A program made the translations under genes and the position numbers. A model generated the notes under the pieces. It searched no databases and had not been told where the DNA came from. It saw only the letters and a list, made by a program, of their open reading frames with translations. Positions 30,695 to 42,989 of a stretch of 64,000 nt of DNA are shown in pieces (within the stretch, counting starts at the first letter, position 1; each line of letters opens with the position of its first letter). The DNA is from Polyangiales bacterium. Lineage in GTDB: Bacteria; Myxococcota_A; Polyangia; Polyangiales; JADJQN01. The stretch covers positions 949,584 through 1,013,583 of the forward strand of contig CAXNJO010000001.1 in NCBI GenBank assembly GCA_964202905.1. Direction: 5' to 3'.

Positions 30695-31444
30695 TCAGAA
30701 GCTGACGTGGAGCGTCGCGCCGAGCCCCGCGGGCGCGATGGTGAGGCGCGGGCCCGGCGGCCGCGCGCGCGCGCTGCTCTCGTCCGCGTCCGCGCAGCGC
30801 GTCTCGTCGGCGTGTTGGGCGCGGTATGCGGCCCAGAGGTCGCGTGTGGCGGTGGGCCCCGTGAGGATCTTCGTGAGCCCGACGGAGAAGCTCACGCTCA
30901 GGTTGATGAGCGCGCGCGGCAACAGATCGAAGCCGAGCCACAGCGTGAGCAGTCCGCCCGCGGCGACGCCCCAGCCGAGCGCGTGATTGCGCAGATTGCG
31001 CGCGTTGGATTCGCCGTCGCTCGCGCGTTGGACCTCGGCCTCGACCGCGCGCAGGCGCGCGTTGCCGGTGAGCAGCTCGTGCTCGCGCAGGCGCGCGGGG
31101 AGCCGATCGGTGCGCGCTTTCGTGATGATCATCCCGCCGGCGCCGAGCGTCGCGCCGATCGCGCCGACGGTCATCGGCCAGCGGTTCTCGCGCGCATCGA
31201 CGACGAGCGCGATCGTGCCCTGCGCGATCGCGGCGGCCGTGAAGATCCCGAGCCAGCCCCACCACCAGAGCCGCGCATAGGGTGCACCGGCCTCCGCGTC
31301 GGCCTGCAAGCGCAGCGCGCGCGCGTGCGCTTCGCCTTCCGAGAGCGTGACGCAGCGCCGTGTCGCGTCCTGCGCGAGGGCCGCCGGCGCGATGCGCGCG
31401 GCACACAGCGAGAGGACGACCGCGAGCGACGTGGCACGGAGCAT
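30695..31444 (-). CDS. Hypothetical membrane protein
   Basis: Signal peptide MLRATSLAVVLSLCA...AALAQ, several hydrophobic helices, C-terminal GATLHVSF. Confidence 0.7.
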   Translation of the reverse strand: MLRATSLAVVLSLCAARIAPAALAQDATRRCVTLSEGEAHARALRLQADAEAGAPYARLWWWGWLGIFTAAAIAQGTIALVVDARENRWPMTVGAIGATLGAGGMIITKARTDRLPARLREHELLTGNARLRAVEAEVQRASDGESNARNLRNHALGWGVAAGGLLTLWLGFDLLPRALINLSVSFSVGLTKILTGPTATRDLWAAYRAQHADETRCADADESSARARPPGPRLTIAPAGLGATLHVSF

Positions 31445-31489
31445 GAGGGACGCGAGGGTATACTGCGCCCCCCGCCCCCGGAGGACTTC

Positions 31490-34099
31490 GTGACGCTCTT
31501 CGCCTGCTCCGCCCCGCGCCGCGCCCCGCGGATGTCGGCGCTCTCCGCGCTCGCGCTCGTCGCCCTCGCGGCGTGCGGCGACGACGCGCCACCGCTGTCC
31601 GTCGATGCCGGACCGCCCGACATGCCGCGCATGCTGCCGCCCTTCTGCGCGCCGCCCCCGCCCCCGCCCGAGGCGCTGCGTCGCGCCGACGATCCCGCGC
31701 TCTTCGTCGGTGGTCGCGCGCGCGCACCGCTCGGCGCCGAGATCGCGCTCGGCGGCTTCCCCGTGCAGGTCGTCGCGCACCCGCGGCTGCCCGTCGCCTA
31801 CGTCGCGAACACCGGCTACCGCAAGCGCGCGGTGCAGGTCGTCGACGCCGCGACGGGCGCGCTCGTGCAGGAGCTCACGCGGGACGAGGCCTTCTACGGC
31901 CTCGCGCTGAGCGCGGACGGCGCGCAGCTCTACGCCTCGGCGGGCCACGGCGCGCAGGTCGAGCGCTACGATGTCGACGCCGCCGCGGGCACGCTGACCG
32001 CGCGCGGCGCGGTCGCGATCGACGGCTATCCGGCGGGGCTCGCGCTCTCGCCCGACGGCGCGACGCTCTGGGTCGCGCAGTTCCGCGGGGAGGGCGTCGC
32101 CGAGGTCGACACCGCCACGATGACCGTGCGCGCGTCGATCCCGACGCCCTCGCCCGACACCGCGTACCACTTGCTGCACTTGCCCGCGCGCGGCGAACTC
32201 TACGCGACTGCGTATCGCAGCACGAACCTCCTCGTGCTCGATCTCGCGACGCGCGCCGTGGTCGCCACCATCCCAGTCGGTGGCAACCCGAGCGAGGCCG
32301 TGCTCGCGCCGGATGGCCGCGTGCTCGTCAGCGTCGCCGACGGCGAGTCCGTCCTCGCGATCGATCCCGCGACGCGCACGGTGACGACGCGCGCGCAGGT
32401 GAACGCGGGCGACGCCGCGCAGCGCGACGAGGACGGCACGACGCCGCTGCCCGGGGCGAGCCCGACGGGCCTCGCCATCGATGCGCCGCGCGGGCGTCTC
32501 TACGTCGCGCGCTCCGCCGACAACGCGATCGGCGTGCTCGACCTCGCGACGCTCGCGCCCGCAGGCGCGCTGCCGACGGGCTGGTACCCGACGGACGTCG
32601 CGCTCGCCGGCGACGGCGCGCGGCTCGTCGTCGTGAACGGCAAGGGGTTCGGCAGCGGGCCGCTGCTCGCGTACGGCCTCGGCGACGAGGGCGGCAAGGA
32701 GTCGATGAACGGCTCCGTGCAGATCGTCGCGCTCGAGGGGCTCGATCTCGCGGCCGCGACCGCGACCGTCGCGGACAGCATCGCGCGGCCCGGGCAGGTC
32801 TACCCGTTCGACTGCGCTGGGACATATCCTGTCCCACCTGTCCGCGGCGGTCCGACGCCGATCGAGCACGTCGTGCTGATCGTGCGGGAGAACAAGACGT
32901 ACGACTCGGTCCTCGGCGATCTCGAAGAGGGCGACGGCGACCCCTCGCTCACGCTCTACGGCGAGGACGTCACGCCGAACCTGCACGCGCTCGCGCGGCG
33001 CTTCGCGAACCACGACAACTTCTACGCCGACATCGAGACGAGCGTGCAGGGGCACCTCTTCCTCACGCACGGTTTCGTGAACGACTACATCGAGCGCACG
33101 TGGTTCGAGGACTATCGCTACCGTCCCGGTTTCGGGCGCGACGCGGCCGAGCCGCAGGGCGTGCCCGACATGGGCAGCTTCTTCGAGCACCTCGTCGCGC
33201 ACGGCGTGCCCTTCGCGGTGTTCGGCGAGATCGTCGGCGCGATGGGCAGCGCGGGCGGTGTGCCCGTCACGGACTTCGTCGACACGCGCTTCCCGGGGAT
33301 CTTCTACAACACCGGCATCCCCGACGAGCGCAAGGCGCGTTACGTCGCGCGGCAGCTCGCATCGGGCGGTCTGCCCCGCTTCGTCTACGTGCTGCTGCCC
33401 AACGATCACACCGGCGGCAGCGGCCCCGACGACCTGTCGCCGGAGTCGATGATCAACGACAACGACTACGCGACGGGCCTGCTCGTCGAGGCGATCAGCC
33501 AGCTCCCGGAGTGGGAGCGCACGGCCATCTTCATCACGCAGGACGACACGCAGATCGGCGCCGATCACGTCGACTACCACCGCACCGTGCTCGTGGTCGC
33601 GAGCCCGTGGGCGCGGCGCGGCACCTCGCGCGTGAACACGTCGTTCGCGTCGCTCTTCGCGACCTTCGAGCGGATCCTCGATCTGCCGCCGATGAACCGG
33701 ATCGACGCGAACGCGACGCCTCTCTACGACTCGTTCACGACGACGCCGAACGACGCGCCCTACGAGGCGGTGCCGCGCACGCTGCCCGACCGCACGAACG
33801 CCGGGGGCACGCCGGCGTCGCTGCCGTGGCCGCCGCGGCCGAACGCGTCGTACGGCCCCGATCGCGACCCGGACCTCGGCCGCAGGCTCTGGGAAGCGCG
33901 CCGCGGCACGCCCTTCCCGGGGCGGCTCGCGGAGGGACGCTGGCCTGCAGCCGGCCGCGACGATCGCGCGGACATCGACGAGGACGGGGACGTCGAGGAC
34001 GCCACCGAAGAGGCCGCGGAGCGCGACGCGCACGACGCCGCGTGGGACGCCTTCCTTCGGTACGTCGACGCGCACCCGGAGCGGCTGCGGCCGTTCTGA
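31490..34099 (+). CDS. YVTN/YncE beta-propeller + phosphoesterase (alkaline-phosphatase-like) lipoprotein
   Basis: GGAGG RBS; lipobox LAAC; propeller repeats (LPTGWYPTDV); IEHVVLIVRENKTYDSVLGD, TPNLHALA, LPNDHT, DHVD. Confidence 0.9.
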   Translation: MTLFACSAPRRAPRMSALSALALVALAACGDDAPPLSVDAGPPDMPRMLPPFCAPPPPPPEALRRADDPALFVGGRARAPLGAEIALGGFPVQVVAHPRLPVAYVANTGYRKRAVQVVDAATGALVQELTRDEAFYGLALSADGAQLYASAGHGAQVERYDVDAAAGTLTARGAVAIDGYPAGLALSPDGATLWVAQFRGEGVAEVDTATMTVRASIPTPSPDTAYHLLHLPARGELYATAYRSTNLLVLDLATRAVVATIPVGGNPSEAVLAPDGRVLVSVADGESVLAIDPATRTVTTRAQVNAGDAAQRDEDGTTPLPGASPTGLAIDAPRGRLYVARSADNAIGVLDLATLAPAGALPTGWYPTDVALAGDGARLVVVNGKGFGSGPLLAYGLGDEGGKESMNGSVQIVALEGLDLAAATATVADSIARPGQVYPFDCAGTYPVPPVRGGPTPIEHVVLIVRENKTYDSVLGDLEEGDGDPSLTLYGEDVTPNLHALARRFANHDNFYADIETSVQGHLFLTHGFVNDYIERTWFEDYRYRPGFGRDAAEPQGVPDMGSFFEHLVAHGVPFAVFGEIVGAMGSAGGVPVTDFVDTRFPGIFYNTGIPDERKARYVARQLASGGLPRFVYVLLPNDHTGGSGPDDLSPESMINDNDYATGLLVEAISQLPEWERTAIFITQDDTQIGADHVDYHRTVLVVASPWARRGTSRVNTSFASLFATFERILDLPPMNRIDANATPLYDSFTTTPNDAPYEAVPRTLPDRTNAGGTPASLPWPPRPNASYGPDRDPDLGRRLWEARRGTPFPGRLAEGRWPAAGRDDRADIDEDGDVEDATEEAAERDAHDAAWDAFLRYVDAHPERLRPF

Positions 34100-34148
34100 G
34101 CATGCCCGCGCGAGACGCGTGCCGGACATCGGTGGTACTCCGTCGCCC

Positions 34149-35160
34149 ATGAGCGCGCGCACCGCCTTCGTCACCGGCGCCACCGGTTTCCTCGGCCTGC
34201 ACATGGTCGAGCAGCTGCTCGCGCGCGGGCTTCCGCGTCGTCGCGTTGCATCGGGCGACGAGCGATCTGCGCTTTCTGTCGCGCTTCACGGCGAATCCCG
34301 CGCTCACGCTTGCGGTCGGCGACATCACCGACCCGGAGTCGCTCGCGCGCGCCATCCCGGAGGGCTGCGACGGCGTCTTTCACGTCGCGGGGAACACGAG
34401 CTTCTGGCGCGGCGGCGACGCGCGGCAGACGCGCGAGAACGTCGACGGCACGCGGCACGTGGTCGAGGCCGCCATCGCCCGCGGTGCGAAGCGGCTCGCG
34501 CTCACCTCGAGCTGCTCCGCGTGGGGATACCAGCCCGTGCTGCCCTTCGACGAGACGGCGCTGCAGAACGGCGGCACCTCGGAGGTGAACTACGAGCGCA
34601 CGAAGTATCTCGGGGAGGTCGAGGCGCGCGCCGGGATCGCGCGCGGGCTCGACGCGGTGATCCTCAACCCCACCAAGATCCTCGGCAAGTACGACCGCAC
34701 GAGCTGGGGGCGCCTCATCCTCGCGGTCGACGCGGGCAAGCTGCCGGGCGTGCCGCCGGGGAAGGCGTCGTTCTGCTGTGCGGTCGAGGTCGCGAAGGCG
34801 CACATCGCCGCGCTCGACCGCGGGCGCAGCGGCGAGAACTACCTGCTCGGCGGCACCGACGCGACCTTCGTCGAGTTCGCGCGGATCGCGGGCGCGCTCA
34901 CCGGCCGGCGCACGCCGCGCTTCGGCACGCCGCTCGCGCTGATGTGGCCCGCGGCGATCGCGCTCGACCTCGCATCGCGCGTCACGAAGCGCGCGCCCGA
35001 CCTCACCCCGCAGAGCGTCCGCTCGCTCGGGCACTCGCCGCTCGTCCGCAGCGAGAAGGCGATGCGCGACCTCGGCTACCGCGCGGTGCCGCTCGAGGTG
35101 ATGGTGCGCAACTGCCATGCGTGGCTGGTCGCGGAGGGCCTGCTCACGCCGCGCGACTGA
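34149..35160 (+). CDS. NAD-dependent epimerase/dehydratase (extended SDR, HpnA-like); frameshift near 34229
   Basis: VTGATGFLG in one frame; GDITD, VFHVAG, NVDGT, YERTK in the next frame. Confidence 0.88.
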
Positions 35161-35214
35161 ATGACGGTTCAGCGCCCCGGGGCCGCGCGCGGCTGCGTGC
35201 TACAGATCGCCCCG

Positions 35215-36482
35215 ATGCTGCCCATCCACGAGCGCGACACGATCGAGTACGACGACGCCCTGCGGGGGCTCTCCCGGCGCGGCGAGGCGGACCTCGAGGC
35301 GGTCGAGCCGAGCGTCCGCGCGATCCTCGCGGACGTGCGCGCGCGCGGCGACGAGGCGGTGCGCGCCCTGACGGAACGCTTCGACGGGCGCCGGGTCGAG
35401 CAGGTCGTGGTGCCCGCGGCCGTGTGGCACGCGCGGGCGGCTGAGGTCTCCGCGGAGGTGCGCGCCGCGCTCGCGGCGGCCGCGGCGCGCATCGAGCGCT
35501 ACCACGTACACCAGCGCGACCCGGGCTTCCGCTACGAGGAGGACGGCGTGACGCTCGGGCTCCGCGTGCGGGCGTGCAAGGCGGCGGGCGTCTACGCGCC
35601 TGGCGGCAAGGCGCGCTACCCCTCGAGCGTGCTCATGGCCGCCATCCCCGCGAAGGTCGCGGGCGTGCGCCGCATCGTGCTCGCGACGCCGAATCCCACG
35701 CCCGAGATCTGCTGCGCGGCAGTCGCTCGCGGGCGTGACGGAGGTGCTCTGAAGTCGGCGGCGCGCAGGCGATCGCGGCGCTCGCCTACGGCACCGAGAC
35801 GGTGCGCCCCGTCGACAAGATCGTCGGCCCCGGCAACCTCTACGTCGCCTGCGCGAAGCGGCTCGTGTTCGGCGTCGTCGACATCGACGGCATCGCCGGG
35901 CCGAGCGAGATCCTCGTCGTCGCCGACGACCACGCCGACCCGCGCGTCGTCGCGGCCGATCTGCTCTCGCAGGCGGAACACGACGAGGACGCGTACGCGC
36001 TGCTCGTGACGACCTCGCGCGCGCAGGCGGAGGCGGTCGGCCGCGAGGTCGAGGCGCAGCTGCCCTCGCTCTCGCGCCGCGTGATCGCCGAGGCGAGCTT
36101 GCGCCGCCACGCGCAGGCCTTCGTCACGCGCGACCTGACGGAGGCGGCCCGCGTCGCGGACTCGCTCGCGGCCGAGCACCTCTCGCTGCAGGTGCGCGAC
36201 CCGGAGGCGCTGCTCGAGCACATCGGGGCCGCGGGCGCGGCCTTCCTCGGCGACTTCACGCCCGAGGCCGCGGGCGACTACGCGGCGGGCCCCTCGCACG
36301 TGCTGCCGACGGGCGGCGCCGCGCGCTTCGGCGGGCCGCTCGGCGTCTACGACTTCGTCGTCCGCACCTCGCTCATCCGCTACACGCCGGACGCCATCCG
36401 CGCGCAGGCCGATCTGCTCGAGTCGCTCGCGCGGCTCGAGGGGCTCGACGGGCACGCCCGCGCGGTCACCGTCCGCCGCTGA
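35215..36482 (+). CDS. hisD: Histidinol dehydrogenase (indels at about 35715-35755)
   Basis: GVYAPGGKARYPSSVLM; GGAQAIAALAYG; VDKIVGPGNLYV, AGPSE, DLLSQAEHD, GDYAAGPSHVLPT. Confidence 0.95.
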
Positions 36483-36696
36483 GGGCGTCGGGACGTGCGG
36501 CCGGCGCGCCGCGCGTGGCGTGACGCCCCGCCGTCAGCGATGTAACGGCGGGCGGGCATCGCGCCGCGCTGAACCGCGATTCACCTTGCGTTCGCGAGAC
36601 ATTGGGCCGATCACTCGGCCCCACCGAGGGCGGCACGCCGCTTGCGGAGGAAACGTCTTTGCGCGCCGTCGGTGCGTCGAAAGAGGAGAACCGAGC

Positions 36697-39600
36697 ATGC
36701 TTGTGTCGAAACGACTGATCTCCTGCCTGCTCGCCGCAGCGCTGGTCGCGCTGGGGCTCGGCGGCTGCGCCGAGGAGCAGCCCGCGGTCAACCGCGTGCA
36801 GCCTGGGGCCCTCCGGAAGTCGGAGTTCATCGGCTCCACCTTCTACATGCGGCAGACGGTCATCGACACGCCGTACAGCGTCGACTTCACCTTCGTGGGC
36901 GAGCAGGGGACGCTCGAGAAGATCGAGTGGGACATCCAGGAGAACTTCCTCCTCGCGCGGCGCAGCTACGAGTGGATCGCGGGCTCGGAAGGGGAGGGCC
37001 TCAACGGCAGCTCCACCGAGGCGAATGCCCCCGTCGCCATCTATCGCATCGACTCGCACTTCGACATCCGTCGCCAGTACAACCCCTCGACCGGTGAGGA
37101 GTTGAACGTCATCGAGGAGAACGCCTCGGACCGCCCCTGGTATCAGCGCGAGCATTTCCGCGTCGATTGGTCGCGCAACCTCGCGGAGAGCAGCGATTTC
37201 CTCTCGCTCGGGCGGATGTTCGATGGCGTGCGCGTCGAGTCGGTCGCGTACGAGGTGCCGTTCGGCTCGGGGGACGCGAACGCCCCGCAGTTCATCGACG
37301 AAGACGGCGACGACCGCTTCGACTACATGGACATCGTCAACAAGTCCTTCGTGACGCCCGGTCAGGTGTTCATCGAGGGGCTCGGCAACATCCCGTCCTG
37401 CTACCTGCTCTATCAGGACCACTTCGACTGCACCTCCGCGGAGATCACGGTCCGCAACTCCTTCCTGAAGGTCGACGCGTCGCGCGACTACCAGCCCATG
37501 GTCTACACGGGCGATCGCATGGAGCGCTTCGGCTACTTCGTGACGGCGCGCCCCGGCTACGACCCGCAATACGGCGCGGTCGAGTCGGCGCGTCATCGCT
37601 TCATCAACCGCCACAACGTCTGGCAGGAGAGCCACAAGGGCGGCGCGACGGGCGCGCTCGTGGCGTGCACGACGGACGCCGAGTGCGCCGACGGTCGCGG
37701 CTCGGTCTGCGACATGGACTACGCACGCGCGCATCGGACGCGCACGGGCGCGTGCACGATCCCGCTTCGCGACCGCGCGGTGCGGCCCATCCCCTACTAC
37801 CTCTCGAAGAACTTCCCCGAAGATCTCGAGCCCGACGCGGAGCACCTCGAGTCCGAGTGGAACGCGGCGTTCTCGCAGACGGTCTCCTCCGCGCGTGAGC
37901 AGGAGTGCCTCGCGAACGGGGGCGACGCCGGTTCGTGCGCCGCGGAGCGGACGCGCCCCGACTCGCAGAACGTCTTCGTGATCTGCCACAGCCCCGTGCG
38001 CGAGAGCGATGCGGCGGCGTGCGGCGCGCGCGGCACGGTCGCCGAGATCGGCGATCTCCGTTACTCGCTCATCGGCTGGGTCAACGACCCGCACCGCTCG
38101 TCGCCCCTCGGTTACGGTCCCTCGGCCGCCGACCCGGAGACGGGTGAGCTCATCCAGGCCAACGCCTTCATCTACGGCGCGGCGATCGAGACGCTCTCGA
38201 CGTTCGCGCGGGACATCGTGGCGCTGCTCAACGGGCAGCTCGACGTCGACACCCTCACGAGCGGCGAGAACGTCGCTGCGTGGGTCGACCGCATGAACGC
38301 CGCGGGCTCCGAGTCGACGGGCCGCCCCGCCGACGATCACGTCGTCGCGATCGACGGCGCCGACGCGGCCGACATCAACGAGGCGATGGGGTTCCGCGAG
38401 CGGCTCGCGCCCGCGCTCGCCGAGGGCCGCCGCGCGGCGCCCCGCAGCCCCGCTGAGCTGCGTGAGCGCATCACCGAGAGCCGCGCACGCCTCGAGCGCG
38501 CTGGCGTCTTCGGGCGTGACGACCTCCGCGGTCAGGTCCGCCTCGGCAACCTCCACGGCACCGACATCGAGCGCATGCTCACCACGCGTGGCCTTGTCGC
38601 CGGCGCGGGCATCGACCCCGCGCACACGCTCGACGACGACGCGCTCGCCGTCGGCTTCCCCGCTCCGCGGTCGCACGAACGTCGGGCGCCTCCGCGCGCT
38701 CGACGACGCGCGCCGCCGCCTGCAGGCCGCGGGCTGCGTGCTCAACGCCGACTTCGCCGACGATGGTCTGCTCGGTCTCGCACGCGAGATCCAGCGCGCG
38801 GTCACGAGCGGCACGGGCGTCCTGAACTGGTACGGCCGCGACTATCCCGTCGTCGACGCGAGCGGCGCCATCGATCAGCAGCAGGTCCGCGCGATGCTGC
38901 GCCACCCGATCTTCGCCGCGGTCACCGCGCACGAGATCGGCCACACCGTCGGACTCCGGCACAACTTCAGCGGTTCGTTCGACTCCATCAATTACCGCCC
39001 GCGCTACTGGGAGCTCCGCGACGACGGCAACATGCGCCCGCGCGCCTACGACCCGCTCACCGACGCGGAGATCGATGGCCGCATCATCGAGAACCAGTAC
39101 GCGTCCGTGATGGATTACGGCAACAACTTCGTCGTGACCGACTCCAACGGTCTCGGTCACTACGACCACGCCGCCATCAAGATGGGATATGCCGACCTCG
39201 TCGAGGTCTTCGACGGCGTCGCCGACCCGCAGGAGATGGTCTGGTACGACATCTTCTCCCGCTACGGCTGGCCGGTCACGCTCACCTTCGACGCCGTCAC
39301 CGGCGGCCCGATCTCGGCGTACACGTACACCGATATTCCCGGTCTCCTCGGCGGCATCGAGGGCCTCGAGCGGCGCGCGGACGTCCCCTACACCTCGCTG
39401 CGCGCGGACGCGATGCTCGGTGCGCAGGGCTTCGACGATGCAGTCGTCGACGCCGCTGGCCGCCCGATGGTTCCGTACCTGTTCTGTTCGGACGAGCAGG
39501 CGGACCTCGGCCCGGATTGCCTCCGCTACGACACGGGCGCGGACGTGTACGAGACGATGCAGAACGTCGCCGACACCTACTGGAACTACTACATCTTCAA

Positions 39601-40622
39601 CGCGTTCCGCCGCGAGCGGCTCGGCTTCAACACCGACAGCTACGTCGGTCGCATCTACGACCGCTACTTCTCGAAGCTCCAGTACGCGAACCAGATCTAC
39701 TCGCTCTACCGCCCGATCATCACCGACGTGTTCGGTGACTTCGACGGCTTCGACGAGACGTTCTGGACGCGCGAGAACGGCATGGGCGCGTGGACGCTCG
39801 GTGTCGGTGTCGGCTACTCGCTCCTCACACGCGTGATCGCGTCGCCGGAGCCAGGTCAGTACGGCGTCGGCACGCGCGCCGATGGCAGCAGCGCGCTGCT
39901 CTCCGGCGCCGGTCGCAGCGCGACGGTCGACACGCTCGACGGTCGCTATCTCGAGACGACGTGGAACTTCGACGAAGGCTATTACTGGTTCGACCAGCTG
40001 GAGCGCGCCGGATACTTCTACGACAAGGTCCTCGCGGTGCAGGTGCTCACCGATCCGGAGACCAACTTCCTCGGCCGCGACACCTCGGCCGACGTGCGGC
40101 AGTACCAGCTCAACTACTACACCTCGTTCGCGCCCTCGATGCGCGGTCTGCTCCGCGGTCTGCTCTCCGACGATTGGTCGGCGATCGGCGCGCGCGGCAT
40201 GGGGCGCGGCGCGCTCCGCTTCCCGACGCCCATCGAGCTCGCCAACGGCGGCGCGATCGGGCAACCCGATCGACCCCGCCGCGTCGTTCTCGCTGCAGAT
40301 GTACGCCTCGGTGCTCGGCATGGCGCTCATTCCGCAGACCTTCGACCAGTCGTACATGAACGAGTCGCGCATCCACGTGCAGGGTGGCGCCGAGGGCGTG
40401 TCGCTCACCGGACCGACGGTCGAGTTCGTCGACCCGGCGAGTGGGCTCACCTACGTCGCGGCCTCTCGCCTCGAGGGTGGCGTCGAGAAGGGCGTCGGCG
40501 CGGCGATGTTGCTGCACGCGCAGGCGCTCGCCGACCGCGGCGCGACGCTCGAGCTGGCGCGCTACATGGACAACGTGAACGTCGTGCGCCGCCTGAGCTG
40601 GGACTACGGCTTCGGCATCTGA
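36697..40622 (+). CDS. Large zinc-dependent metalloprotease-like lipoprotein (about 1300 aa; frameshifts near 38654 and 40260)
   Basis: GAGGAG RBS; lipobox LGGC; LGYGPSAADPETGE; HEIGHTVGLRHNF; Met-turn SVMDY; YLFCSDE; three contiguous frames. Confidence 0.88.
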
Positions 40623-40670
40623 CGGCGGCTGACGTCGGAACGTGAGACAGCGGGGATCGCTGCCTCCCAC

Positions 40671-42989
40671 CTACGGGCGGGGTGCAGCGGTCCCCGTATC
40701 CTTTTCGCCCTCGGCAGCGTCGAGCAGTGCGCGCACGCGGGCGGCGAGGGAGTCGGGGGTGAAGGGCTTGCCCAGCACCGGGCCCTCGTCCCAGATGGCG
40801 CGCTCGGGCTCGCTCGGGCGGCCCGCATCCGGCGCGCGGCCGTGCTCGCCGGCGTAGCCCGTGATGAAGAGCACCTGGATCCCGGGTCGCAGCTCGCGCA
40901 CCGCGCGCGCCGCCTCGGGGCCGCGCATGCGCGGCATGACCACGTCGCTCAGCAGCAGGTGGATCGGGCCCGCGTGTTCGCGGGCCTTCTCGATCGCGTC
41001 GAGTCCGTCGACGGCCTCGAGCACGTCGTAGCCGAGCGATCGCAGCGAGCGCAGCAGGACGCGCCGCACGCCGAGATCGTCTTCGGCGACGAGGATCGTC
41101 TCGCTGCCGCCGGCGCGGCGGCTGGGCGCGGGGGCCGCGCCGCGGTCTGCGGCGTCCTCGCTCGTGACCGGGAGGAAGACCGAGAACAGCGTGCCGACGC
41201 CGAGCTGGCTGTCGACCGCGAGGTGCCCGCCTGCCTGACGCACGACGCCGTAGCAGGTCGCGAGGCCGAGGCCGGTGCCGTGGCCTGCGCTCTTCGTCGT
41301 GAAGAAGGGCTCGAAGATGCGGCGCTTCGTCTCCTCGCTCATCCCGGTGCCGGTGTCGCGGACGTCGATCCGCACGAAGCGCCCAACCGTCGCGTCGACG
41401 TGCCGCGCGACATACGCGCGATCGAGGTCGACGACGGAGGTCGCGAGCGTGAGCGCGCCCCCACCGGGCATCGCGTCGCGCGCGTTGACCGCGAGGTTGA
41501 GGATGACCTGCTCGAGGCGCCCCGGGTCGACGAGCACCGTCGCGCGCTGCGCCGCGTAGCGCAGCTCGACGCGGATCTCCTCGCCGACGACCCGGCCGAG
41601 CGTGCGCGAGAGCGACATGAGCACGTCGTTCGGCGCGATCTGCTGCGCGCGCGAGGTGTCGCGCCGCGCGAAGGTGAGCAGCTGACGCGTGAGCTCGCGC
41701 GCGTGCAGCGCGGCGTTGGTGATCTCGTGGAGCTCCTCCTCGACGCGGCTGTTCGCGACGAGCAGCGCGGCGTCGGCGTTCGCGAGGATGGCGGTGAGGA
41801 CGTTGTTGAAATCGTGCGCGACGCCGCCCGCGAGCCGCCCGAGGCCCTCGAGCTTCTGCACGTGCACCAGCATCGACTCGAGGTCGACGCGCGAGGTGAC
41901 GTCGAGGACGGTACCGAGGATGCGCACGCCCCCGACCTCGCCGGGGCCGCGGATCACGCGCGCGGCACCGACGAGGTGGCGGACCTGACCGTTGGCGAGC
42001 TTGACGCGGTAGTTGTGCGGGCCGATGTGCGGCCGCGAGCGGAGCGAGTGGTTCGCGCGCTCGAGGGCGTCGCGATCTTCGGGGACGACGAGCGCGTAGG
42101 CCGCGCTGATCGTCGGCTCGAAGGTCTCCGCCGAGAGGCCGTGGATGCGGAACATCTCGTCGGACCAGCGCACCGCGCCCGTGTCGGTGTCGAACACCCA
42201 GGTGCCCACGCTCGCGAGGGACTGCGCCGCTTCGAGCTCTTGCGTGCGCGCGCGCAGCGACTCGGCGATGCGGACGCGCTCGCTGACGTCGAGCAGCGCA
42301 CCGCGGTAGCCGACGACACGTCCGAGGCTGTCGCGGTCGATCGCCAGCGTGCCGACCGCGTGGCGCACCTCTCCGTCCGGCCTGCGGAAGCGAGTGTCCG
42401 CGCGCGCGACGTCGCGCCCGGCCGCGACGTCCTCGAGACGCGCGCGGAAGGCGTCGCGATCCTCCTTCGCGACGCAGGCGACGAGCGCCTCGGTCGACGG
42501 CGCGATCTCGCCGCGCTCGTAGCCGAGCAGCTGGTGGAGCTCGTCGGACCAGGTCGTGCGACGAGAGGCCGCGTCGACCTGGAAGTTGCCGATGAGCGCG
42601 AGGCTCTGCGTGGTCGCGAAGTCCTCGGCGATGCGCGCGAGCGGCGTGACGTCGCGCACCGTGCCGGCGACCTCGCGCCCGCCGGGCACGGCGCTGCGTA
42701 CACGCATCGTGCATAGGGCCTCGCGCTCGACGCCGTCCGCGCCCAGCAGCAGGAAGTTCGCGCGCACGACCGCGCCCTGCGCCGCATGCCGCACGAGGTG
42801 GCCGAGATCCGGCTCGCCCGGGCGTGGGGCCACCTGCAGCAGCCAGTCGGCCAGTGTGGGCAGGCCCCCACTCGAGTCGCGCCCGTGGAGCGCGTACATC
42901 GCGGCCGACCACTCGAGCGTGTCCGTCAGCTCGGACCAGCACCAGAGCCCGACACCGTCGTCGGCGAGGACGTCGTCGAAGGCGGTCAC
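40671..42989 (-). CDS. Cytoplasmic multi-PAS hybrid histidine kinase with receiver domain
   Basis: PAS repeats (WSDE...), GGVAHDFNN, NLAVNARDAM, DTGTGM, FEPFFTTK, GTGLGL; REC AEDD...SDVVMP...KPF. Confidence 0.95.
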   Translation of the reverse strand: MTAFDDVLADDGVGLWCWSELTDTLEWSAAMYALHGRDSSGGLPTLADWLLQVAPRPGEPDLGHLVRHAAQGAVVRANFLLLGADGVEREALCTMRVRSAVPGGREVAGTVRDVTPLARIAEDFATTQSLALIGNFQVDAASRRTTWSDELHQLLGYERGEIAPSTEALVACVAKEDRDAFRARLEDVAAGRDVARADTRFRRPDGEVRHAVGTLAIDRDSLGRVVGYRGALLDVSERVRIAESLRARTQELEAAQSLASVGTWVFDTDTGAVRWSDEMFRIHGLSAETFEPTISAAYALVVPEDRDALERANHSLRSRPHIGPHNYRVKLANGQVRHLVGAARVIRGPGEVGGVRILGTVLDVTSRVDLESMLVHVQKLEGLGRLAGGVAHDFNNVLTAILANADAALLVANSRVEEELHEITNAALHARELTRQLLTFARRDTSRAQQIAPNDVLMSLSRTLGRVVGEEIRVELRYAAQRATVLVDPGRLEQVILNLAVNARDAMPGGGALTLATSVVDLDRAYVARHVDATVGRFVRIDVRDTGTGMSEETKRRIFEPFFTTKSAGHGTGLGLATCYGVVRQAGGHLAVDSQLGVGTLFSVFLPVTSEDAADRGAAPAPSRRAGGSETILVAEDDLGVRRVLLRSLRSLGYDVLEAVDGLDAIEKAREHAGPIHLLLSDVVMPRMRGPEAARAVRELRPGIQVLFITGYAGEHGRAPDAGRPSEPERAIWDEGPVLGKPFTPDSLAARVRALLDAAEGEKDTGTAAPRP

